Positions 54,000 through 64,000 of a stretch of 64,000 bases of DNA are shown piece by piece. The translations under genes were made by a program, and so were the position numbers. Location: the NCBI RefSeq assembly GCF_030684315.1, contig NC_081361.1:15427861-15491860 (forward strand), in the 5' to 3' direction. Each line of letters starts with the position of its first letter. Position 1 is the first letter of the stretch. The DNA comes from Stegostoma tigrinum. Its lineage: Eukaryota. Below the pieces are notes generated by a model. The model saw only the letters and a list, made by a program, of their open reading frames with translations, was not told the origin of the DNA and searched no databases.

Positions 54000-56900
54000 G
54001 GTACAGAGTGAGAGATACGAATGCCCAGGACTGAACTTGAAGCAGACAAAATGCTGACTCGGTCTTTCAGCGTGCCAAGCATGTGTCAGACGTCATATGT
54101 ATATTGAGCATGGAGTTTATGAAGGGCTTTAGTGCTGTGCAGTTAGGGCAGAGTAGCTGTGGACATCTGCAACACTGACATCAGACCCTATTAAGTCTCA
54201 TGGCATGAGGTAAAACATGGACAGGAAAACCTCCAGCTGATTGCCACTTTCTGCTTCTTTAGCTGGTAAATTAGACCTGGATAGACATCACTTGGAAAAA
54301 GCACAAAGGGTGGCAAATGCACAGAATGTACTCTGGGTAGGACACTTCAATGTCCATCATCAACAGTGGCTTGGCGTCACCACTGCTTGCTGAACTGGCT
54401 GGGCCCTGAATGACATAGCTGCTAGACTGGGTCTCTGGCAGTTGGTGAGGAAACCATTAAAAAGGACAAATATAGTTGATATCGTCCTCAATCTACCTGT
54501 TGCAGATGCATTTATCTGTGACAGTGTTACTAAGAGTGATCACCACATTGCCCTTTTAGAGAGGATTCCTATTTCCACATTGAGTGTACCTACCATAACG
54601 TTGATTGTTAGTACAAACATGGTGGGATAGATTTTGAACAGTTCTAACAACTCACAACTAAGCACCCATGTGGCACTGTGAGCCATCAGTGGCAGCAGAA
54701 TTGTATCCAACCACAAACTGTAACCTCATGGCCTGCCCTATCTTTTATTCTACCATTACCATCAAGCTGGGGTTCCAACTCTGCTTCAATGAAGAGTGCA
54801 AGAGTTCATACCAGGAGCAGCACATCTAAAAATGACATGAAAGCCTTGTGTAGCTAAAAGATAGGACTACTTGCTGAGTTGACTGCATTTCTTGTTGGAA
54901 TGCAGAGAGATGCCAACAGAATGAGTTCTATTGCCACACTGGCTGCAATAACCATGTCCTTCTCAAGCTTTCTCCTCACCTGAGCTATGGTGACCCTCAG
55001 GTTACAACACCACTCTTTCCCTGCAAGGAGATGGCAGCCCTGTGGTCTGATAAAACTACAGTGAATTTATCTTGACTTGCAGCGGAAATAGCAGGGTAGA
55101 CGAGGCTATGCAATCTCACAACCAAGATATCAAATCAGAGCTCTGCAACCCTGCATCCAATTGAGAATGGTGGGAAGGCAATTAAACAACTCACTAGAGG
55201 AAGAGGATCTACAACTATCCCCATACTCAATGATAAGGGAACCCTGTGTACAGTGCAGAATACAAGGCTGGAGAATTGCATCTATCATCAACCAAATAGA
55301 ACATAGAAGAACACAACGCAGAACAGGCCCTTCGGCCCCTGATGTTGCGCTGGCCTGTGAACTAATCTAAGCCTATCCCCCTACACTATCCCATCTTCAT
55401 CCATATGCAGAACTCCATAAATCATCTACCATATCCACCTGTGGTCCCCAGCATTGTAAATGCCAGACTTCAACCAATTTAACACATTCTCCATGATATC
55501 AAGAAACAAGATACCTGCTCTGACATCCAGGGAGTTCTAGATTTGTTGGCCCTCCTTCCTCATTTGAGAATATATACCTTCACTGATCCAAACAATCTCC
55601 TCTTTGAAGATAACCCAAACTTCAAGTACAACTGTCCCTGTCAACCTTTCAATTTTGTCAATGCAGCTCAGTTCTGTTCTTGCCCCATTAGAAGACATTG
55701 GATTATTGCTTGTCATTCTCCAGAAGCATCCTGAATCTTACATTTAAATGGGGGCTGGATTTCTAATATGTTACCCCAAATAAGTTGGAAAATTGCCCAA
55801 GTATGGATTATGTATACAGAGCCAAGCAAATCCAATCTGGCCTATTATTGCCCACTAACTGTATCCTCAATCATCAGCAAAATGTTCAGAGGGATCTTGG
55901 ATAGTGCAATCAAGCTGAACCTGACTAGTAATAATCTGCTCTCTGATGCTGAGTGTGGATTCTGCCAGGGCCACTCAGCTCCTTACCTCAGTGTAGCCTT
56001 GATCCAAACATGTTTAAACATCTGATCTCCAGACATGAGGGGAGAGTGACTGCCTTTGATGCTAAGGTCACAGGTAACCAATCATGGCATCAAGGAGTCA
56101 AACAAAACTGAAGTCAATGAGACTCAAGGAGAAATTCTCCACTGGTTGGCATCAAACCACGCATAAAGGAAGATGGCTGTGATAATTGGAGGTCTGCCAT
56201 CTCAATCCCAGGTCATTGCTCAGGAGTTCTGCAGGTAAGTTGCCTAGTCCTAACCAACAATTACTGCTGCATCAAAGAATTTTATACCACCATAACATCA
56301 GAAGTGGCGATGATTCGTGATGACGGACCTCTCAGAAAATAAGCAGTCCCACTTAAATGAATGCGCAGCATTACCAAGACTTGTGATATCAATGACAAGT
56401 TGCATCTATGCCACACGAGTAACTAGAACCGGGCTATGCGATCTCAAACAAAAGGACAATGTGACCATCTCTTCTTGACGTTCAAATGTCATTAAAATTG
56501 CTGAATTCTCCACTACGAACATCTTGATCAAAACTTAGTTGCGCCATTTTTAAATACTGCGGGTTGGCACAGCAATCAAATGTTAGAAATCATGGGATTT
56601 TAAGTCATCACCTGCCTCTCTAAGACCCGTCTACTGTCTGAAAGGTACAAGTCAGAAGCACACTGGAACATCCACCACTTGTTTTTATGAGTACAGCTCA
56701 AACAACATTCAAGAAGCTCATCACTATACAGGGTAAAGCAGGCTATTTGACTGGCATGCCATCCAACAGTTTCATCACTTATGTCCGTCACCATTGGTGC
56801 AGAGTGGCAGCAGTATGTGCATCACTTGTAGACTGATGTATTCTACCAACCAACTCACCAAAACCTCTTTGGCAGCACTTTGAAATCCATGAGCTTAACT

Positions 56901-57150
56901 ACTGAGATGGACAAAGGCTCCAGATACGTGGGCACATCACACCTGAAAGTTTCCATTCAAACCATACACTGTCCTGATTTGGAACTGTATTCCATTCCTT
57001 CATTGAGTTTCTAGGACTCCCTTTCCAAAAGCACTGTGTATGTATCTACACCTGATAGACTGCCCCAGTTCGTAGAGTCAGTTTAGTCCTACTTACTCAA
57101 GGGCATTTAAAAAAAAAATGGCCTAGCCAGTGATACCTACACCTGATGAA
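54000..57150 (+). mobile_element. Long decayed APE-RT LINE (CR1/L2 group) with nested inserts
   Basis: Endonuclease motif VLWVGHFNVHHQQWLG; RT motifs SNLAYYCPLTVSSIISKMF and LLSDAECGFCQGHSAP; 3' end with A-rich tail near 57150. Confidence 0.75.
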
Positions 57151-57395
57151 GGAACAAAAAAAAAGAAAATAACCATTCAAGGTATAAAAACAAAGTTGCT
57201 GGAAAAGCTCAGCAGATCTGGCAACATCTGTGGAGGAGAAAACAGAGTTAACGATTGGGTCCGGCGACCCTTCCTCAGAACTGATGGTGGCTAGGAAAAT
57301 GTCAGTTTATCCACAGAAAATAGGGAGGTGGGTGGGGTAGGGAGTAAACAATAGGATAGAGCCTGAAGAGAGAGCAAGACAGTTGGACAGACAAA

Positions 57396-57796
57396 AGATA
57401 ATAAAATGTGAGGCTGGATGAACACAGCAGGCCCAGCAGCATCTCAGGAGCACAAAAGCTGATGTTTCGAGCCTAGACCCTTCATCAGAGAGGGGGATGG
57501 GGTGAGGGTTCTGGAATAAATAGGGAGAGGGGGGAGGCGGACCGAAGATGGAGAGAAAAGAAGATAGGTGGAGAGGAGAGTATAGGTGGGGAGGTAGGGA
57601 GGGGTTAGATCAGTCCAGGGAAGACGGACAGGTCAAGGAGGTGGGATAAGGTTAGTAGGTGGGAGATGGAGGTGCGGCTTGGAGTGGGAGGAAGGGATGG
57701 GTGAGAGGGAGAACAGGTTAGGGAGGCAGAGACAGGTTGGGCTGGTTTTGGGATGCAGTGGGTGGAGGGGAAGAGCTGGGCTGGTTGTGTGGTGCA
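57396..57796 (-). mobile_element. Family A PLE 3' fragment nested in the family B left arm
   Basis: Close match to 19594-19989; hammerhead motif at 57461-57488 (minus strand CTGATGAAGGGTCTAGGCTCGAAACATC). Confidence 0.9.
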
Positions 57797-58045
57797 AGAG
57801 TTGCTAACAACCAGGCTGGGAGGGTAAATAGCTGCTCATGGGGACTGTTAGTGACTAACAACAGGGAGAACTCAGAACTGAGTTCAATAATTTTAGGGCC
57901 TAAACTCTCCCATGTACCAGCCCCCCACCCCACAGACCAGGCCTTGTTACCACATAGCCTGCCACTACACATCCCCTGTTGTTAGCCACTAACAGTCCCC
58001 ATTAACAACTATTCACCCTCACAGCCTGATCGTTAGCAACTCCTT

Positions 58046-58082
<37 letters not shown>

Positions 58083-58168
58083 AGGCTCTATCTTATCATT
58101 TACTCCCTACCCCACCCACCTCCCTATTTTCTGCATATAAACTGACATTTTCCCAGCCACCATCAGTT

Positions 58169-58198
58169 CTGAGGAAGGGTCACTGGACCCGAAACGTT
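58169..58198 (+). ncRNA. Minimal hammerhead ribozyme motif (family B)
   Basis: AGTT-CTGAGGA-A-GGGTC ACTG GACCC-GAAA-CG-TT-AACT: 5-bp stem II, 4-bp stem I, AACGTT palindrome. Confidence 0.75.
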
Positions 58199-59929
58199 AA
58201 CTCTATTTTCTCCTCCAAAGATGCTGCCAGACCTGCTGAGCTTTTCCAGCAACTTTGTTTTTGTTCCTGATTTACAGCATCTGCAGTTCTTTTGGTTTTC
58301 ATTCAAGGTATAAGTTGCCTATAAAACAAAAATGGTTTTTAGTTAATATCGTTATTTTGTCAATTGATGTATAAATGATTTAAAATTTAACTTGTTGATG
58401 TGTCCTTCTTACAGCTCTTTGGAAGTTACAGATATCAAAAAAGGTGACAATGGAGAGACTTATAATTTTTCCACTTCAGGTGATCAGGTGTCAGTGCTTA
58501 CATGAAAGTTTCTTTTCGCTGACATATATATAGCATCAGGCTTGATTTTAAAACTGTGTGTTTTGTTTAGTGATTTAGTAAGTCCTCAGACAGCTGTCAT
58601 TTGTTTGGACAAGTTTAAACCCACAGCAGAATCAGTGGTTTTGAGATTAAATGATGGAAAATTTTGTGGTAAACCAGGAAACACTATTGAGTTTAAGTCT
58701 AGTGAAGATATAAAGATGTATCAGATTCACTTTGCAGTCTTAAAAATGTGGGGATATTGACCATAAACCTGAAAATAGCAAAACAATCCTTTCTATATCA
58801 CAACTAACACAACAAATGAAAGGGATGGGCAAATATTGTAGCTTCCAGAAATATGGGAGACATAAACTTCACAGATTTACATGCGTTCGGAACAAATTGC
58901 TCAACATGGATTGTGAAATAGTACTTTACTTCTTGAGCTAGACAGTAAAGGTGTCTGCTATGTCATGTCAACTCACTGGAGATCTCCCTTGAATTGTGAA
59001 CTTGACAGAATCTGGCCTGTAGTTAAGTGAATGAATTTCAATATTAAGCTCCTCTTGAGACCGACAATCCTGTGATTTTAACCATACTAACTGTGTTGCC
59101 ACTGAAAGTAGGTTTACTCTATTAAGTTGCACGCTATGGTTATTGCATGGCATTGCTTATGTGAAATTATCACCAACATTTAAATTCAAAGCAGAATTAG
59201 GCTAATTGACCCCTTCAGCCTGCTACACAGTTCAATAAGATCAAAGCAGGCGTGATTACTCTACTCTCCCGCACATTCCTGATAACCTTGCACCTTGCTG
59301 CTTCTCAAGATTTTATTGAAATCTACCTTTAAAAAATTCAAAGACTCTTTCCATTGTCTTTTGAGGAACTGCCTTCCAAGACTTCCTGTGCGATATTGTT
59401 GCATTAGCATTTTCAAACCAATAACAGGGTCATTCGAACCACATCATCAATACCGCCTTGTTGAAATATTTGACATATATTGAAATGGATATGGGGGAAA
59501 AGTGCCAAGAAGAAAGCAAACATAAATGTGAATACAGAAAAGAAGAAAAAGAGAGGGGAGGAATCAAAAGGCAAAGAGAGGGAGATAAAGGAGATCAATT
59601 TTTAATGTTACTGGCTAAGGGCTGAAACTGTCCAACATGTCAATTCTGTGAATTATTAATTTCATACATTTAGGTTATGAGTAATTCTACTCAGTGAACA
59701 ATTGCATTTCAATAACCAATGCAGAATGGAATAACTTCAAAAATGCTGAGTTTCCTAGCCAGCTAATTTAAAGTCACTTTTACGCCTCTTATGATCAAAC
59801 GGGAAAGATCTTCACATCGATATTGTGAAAGTTGACAAAGGAAGTTGTCCTTACTTGCATCATATGGAACCTGCTTTTAGCTCTGGGCTCCTGTATCTAC
59901 TGGTATACCTAAATTATTTCAATCATTGT

Positions 59930-60225
59930 GGGGGACACTTGCAAGCTTAGAATTTTTTGCCCAAAAGGACAGCTCAGAGTCAGCAGGCACACTTAGGCCA
60001 GGGCAGGTAAGGATGGCATATTTTCTTCATTAGAGATGATATTAGAGAACAATATGGTGTTTTTTTACTGCAAATTATCAGGAATTAAATGTTTGCCAAT
60101 GGTTTAAATTTTAATTCCAAATTTTATTTGCTTAATTCAAATTTTGCCATTTATCATGATGGGATTTGAACCCAAATATTGGCCCAGATTATTAGTCCAA
60201 CGATATTATCACTATGCCATGCCAA
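59930..60225 (-). mobile_element. tRNA-derived SINE, same family as 14917-15263
   Basis: GGGATTTGAACCC (B-box reverse complement); GGCCAGGGCAGGTAAGGATGGCA. Confidence 0.65.
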
Positions 60226-60239
60226 TCTCCTCACCAATC

Positions 60240-61300
60240 CTCCAACCTTAACTAATGTCCTCTTAAACTCCAATCACGAACATGGAGATGCAGCATTAAA
60301 CAGGCTGATTTGGAAGAGTGCTAATTATACTGAGGAGATTGACAAATTTGGTTTTGGGAAATAAGTGTGTTAAATCTTTCAATTGATAGCACAGGCACAT
60401 TCAGGATCAGTTATTTTTGTATCATAAACCTTGAATTAGTCACGATAAAATATAAGGAACAAATGAGAATACAAAAACCTTAACTGGAAGAGAAACTATT
60501 CCAGTGCTGTGAGAACAGATCTGGCCCAGGTAAAGATTAAAGATCGGCAGACAGACTGAATTGCAGCAGTGAATGTCTTTAAAGTAAAGATATTGCAGAT
60601 AAAGTTAAAGTGTCTTCCAATGAGAGGGAAGGCTTGGGCAAGCAAATCTAATGCTACTGGCTTGCTAAAAGAGCTAAAAAAGAAATAAAGCAGAAAAAAA
60701 AGTGTCTGACAGATTTCCAATTATCATACAACAGAGAATATGACCGATTCTTGAAAAGGCAGACAGAAAGTGAGAAAGAAAAGAGGAGAGGCAAAGAAAG
60801 TGTGTGAGAAGAAACTGGCAGCTAACATAAAAGGAAGTCAAAAGTCATATATCTACATATATATAGTAAAAAGGTAGTAAATGGAGGAGTCAAGTTTAAT
60901 AGAGGCCAAAAACGGGATGTACATAAGAAGACAAAAGGACATGCCTAAGTCAGGAGATTGTAATAAGTGAATGTTTTGTATCTGTCTTTACTAAGGAAGA
61001 ATGTGTTGACAGAATCATAGAAAGATTAAGTGGTTAAGACACTAGGTAAGCTAAAACAAACTGGCAACTGATTGGTAATAGGGATGTTGGCTATACACAA
61101 ATTTGACAAATCACCAAGACTAGATAAGATGCATCTGAAGGTACTGAAGTACTTAAGGTTGAAGGTTGCAGGTGAAGGGATTATAAATATCCAATCTTCC
61201 ATAGATGCAGTGACATCATCAGCAGATTGGAGAACTGCAAGACTTTTTATCTTCATTGCAAAAGAAGTGTCAGTAGAAGCCTAGCTACTAGAGATCAATC
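60240..61300 (+). mobile_element. Old CR1 ORF2 fragment (endonuclease-RT linker)
   Basis: DKSPRLDKMHLKVLK and SADWRTA match KSPGPDG.HP.VLK and PEDWR.A. Confidence 0.7.
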
Positions 61301-61309
61301 AATTTGAAT

Positions 61310-61760
61310 GAATGAGCAAACAAACAAATGAATTAGCTTTATGGGCACATATACTTGAAAGTATTCAGTGAAAAGTTTGTAAGTCACCACATACAGCACC
61401 ATCTTAGTCACAAAGAGTAACTAGGTACAGCTTCTTCAGTTACAAGATTAGTTACAGTGTAACAATGTCACCAACACATGGCGCCATCTTAGGTACAGAG
61501 TACCTAGGTACAATCCTTTATTACAGAATAAAGAAGTGAAGGGAAATAAAGAAGTTACACTACAACAGTACACAGTATGCCCATAGGTCTGAAAAACAAG
61601 CAAAGTTTAAAAAGACAAACATCACAATTTCGCTTCAAGGAGTCTCCATGACAAACCAGCACAGAGGGACTCCATGCAGTCCGACATTGGCTGCTGCCAT
61701 GCTCTATACTGGGCTGCTGCTGCCATGTTCCACCTTGGGCCGCTGGCATCGCCATTTTGG
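61310..61760 (-). mobile_element. Unclassified short retroelement with internal tandem duplication
   Basis: GTCACCA..GC(A/G)CCATCTTAG..GAGTA.CTAGGTACA occurs twice (about 61383 and 61467); resembles 5958-6340. Confidence 0.4.
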
Positions 61761-62869
61761 GCTGCTGGTCAGAATTTAGAAATGATCATTCAGGCCAAAA
61801 CTGGCAGGCACTTAATACTCTCCGACACCTGCTGCATGTCCTAATTTTAAATCCGCATTTCCCCGTTGATTTCCAATAGGTTACAGCAGCAGAAAAGAAA
61901 TATGATTAGCACAAGCATATTAAAACTTGTATGTGTGTTTTGCCTGTCAAAATGCGCATTATGATTTGATATTGTGAAAATACATTTGCTGTTGGAATTC
62001 ACTGTGCAATCTGTGAAAACCCTCAATGATCTAGTTGCCATGCCATTTTTTGAGTTTCATTTGCCGTTCAGCATCTTAGAGTTTCCTATTAGTTCAGGGG
62101 AGATCAAAACTGACTGACACATGAGTGAATGAAGACCAAAGAAGTGGCAGTGATAGTTCTTTTTTGCTTGCACATTGCACTGTTGTATTTTGTCTGACCT
62201 GGTTCTAAATATTTTTCCCTCCATGTGATTTTAAAATGAGGTATTTGAAGAAAACACACTCATGACCAGCACAGCAATACCAGAGCAACTGAAGAAAGAT
62301 CGAACCTTCTTGATATTGTTTCCAAAAATGCTCTTTCCCCATGAGAATAATCCTGCCACTCTCTTTGATAACAGTTAACATTGCTGAAATGATGTAAATC
62401 TGTTTGATATCCTGAATAAGTTGCAATTACCAAAGCAAATGTTATAACGAATGTTAAAATTCTCTCTAGCAAATAAAATCCAATCTGAAAATAAAACTAG
62501 ATATGACTATTTGATGAGGAGCATTTTCAGACAGTTTCAAATGCTAATGGTTTAGGGAAAATATCCTGTTGGTCTTCCATTCCAATGGAGGAATTAATAT
62601 TAGAGTCCAAACCGTTAGATCTCAAGGATTCTTCTACCATGTGACAGATCCTGAAATTTAGGAATGCAGATTATGAGGCACATGGAGCAAAAAAAAGTCT
62701 TTTAAGAGTAACATGTAAAATGTACAGGCCATAATTTGCTCTCATCTGTATATTGCTGCCATAAGAGGTGGTTGATTGCTTGCCATGTGTCTAAATGCAA
62801 ACTGTGCAGGAAAGCTGAGTATCAAGAATAGGCTTTCAGTTTGAAGATCTGGGTGCAATGATTATTTAC

Positions 62870-63127
62870 CTTAGAATTCCTACGGCATGTAAGCAGGCCA
62901 TTTGGCCCATTGAGTTCCACTCTAATTCTCCGAAGAGATTCCCACCCAGACCAAATCCCTACCATAGACACGGTAGGCAGTACATTTAACCTACACATCT
63001 TTAGACTGTGGAAGGAAACCAGAGCACCTAGAGTAAACCCATGCAGGCACTGTAAGAACATGCAATTGAACCCAGGGCCCGAGCGCTCTGAGTCAGCAGT
63101 GCTAACCACTGAGCCACCGTGCCACCC
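62870..63127 (-). mobile_element. HE1-like V-SINE
   Basis: Minus-strand GGGTGGCACGGTGGCTCAGTGGTTAGCACTGCTG and GGGTTCAATTG. Confidence 0.85.
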
Positions 63128-63182
63128 TATTGTCTCCCTGTTGTCATGAAGATCTCAATTAAAGATAACTAGAAAGAGCCCT

Positions 63183-63630
63183 AGAGTCATAGAGTAATAA
63201 AACATGGAAACAGACCCTTCGGTCCAACTTGCCGACCAGATATGCTAAATTAATCTAGTCACATTTGCCAGCATTTGACCCATATCTTTCTAAACCTTTC
63301 CTGCTCATGTACCCATCAAGATGCCTTTTAAATGTTGTATTTGTGCCAGCTTCCACCACTTCCTCTGGCAGCTCTTTCAATACACACACCAGCCTTTGCG
63401 TGAAAAAGTTGCCCCTTAGGTCCCTTTGAAATCATTTCCCTCTCACTTTAAACCTGTGCCCTCTAGACTTGGACTCCCCTGCCCTAAGGAAAGACCATGG
63501 CTATTCACTCTATCCATGTCCCTCATGACTTTATAAATTTCAATAAGGTCACCCTCCAGCCTCTGGCATTCCAGGGAAAATAGCTCCAGTCTATTCAGCC
63601 TCACCTTATAGCTCAAACCCTCCAACCTTG
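63183..63630 (-). mobile_element. CR1 LINE 3' fragment
   Basis: EGLSYKVRLNRLELFSLECQRLEGDLIEIYKVMR. Confidence 0.9.
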
Positions 63631-64000
63631 CTGGAAATGTTGGGCTGTGTCCTAAGAATGTATGTTCATAAGTTAGACAGTTTTTATACCCAGATAACTC
63701 ATCAGTAATGGCTTATGTACAGCACTGTAAGCAATTTCAAATTTTCTGCATGGAATCCCAGATTGATGCATTGAAGAGATTTCAGAAATACAAGGAAGAC
63801 GTGACTCCAGGACTTCAGTTAGAAAGATAGATTCAAAACTGCCTAGTTTCCGTTGGTGATAATAAAAAAAAGTGAGATAGGCTACTCTTCAGATCTTTAA
63901 ACTGCTGACAAGCATCTTAACATAAGTTCAAATTTAAATTGATGTGTAATTGCATAAGAAGATGACAGCTAGAAAATCAGCACACTTTAAAAACAAAAAG

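Larger units (their letters stand above)
57188..58299. mobile_element. Palindromic PLE derivative, family B, 14-bp TSD
   Basis: TSD CATTCAAGGTATAA at 57174-57187 and 58300-58313; left arm (57188-57395 plus 57797-57866) mirrors about 57974-58260. Confidence 0.9.

Noticed and set aside
1-64000. Other ASTN1 exons, CRISPR arrays or prokaryotic operons
   Set aside because: No ORF matches the flanking ASTN1 exons (GGMIALLL.. or the signal-peptide exon), so they probably lie outside the window; the DNA is vertebrate intron with no repeat-spacer array.

Overview
Vertebrate intronic DNA, AT-rich and repeat-dense. The repeat content (HE1-like V-SINEs, SacSINE1-like DeuSINEs, shark-type CR1 LINEs) points to a cartilaginous fish, probably a shark. 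The only host coding sequence I can support is one 188-nt internal exon of astrotactin-1 (ASTN1, minus strand, 43534-43721), so the rest of the window appears to be ASTN1 intron. The introns hold many CR1 fragments, Rex1/Babar 3' ends, a decayed Gypsy LTR plus gag, two decayed PIF/Harbinger transposases and several SINE families. The most striking signal is a set of Penelope-like element (PLE) insertions carrying minimal hammerhead-ribozyme motifs. These include a young 2.1-kb near-perfect palindrome with a GIY-YIG endonuclease region and a 17-bp target-site duplication (TSD), a second-family 1.1-kb palindrome with a nested copy, and several 100-230 bp miniature copies, most with their own TSDs. 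The two families share the same end geometry: about 101 nt from the predicted cleavage site to the element end, and a ~37-nt tail on one arm only. All calls were made by eye without database searches; boundaries of old repeats are approximate.
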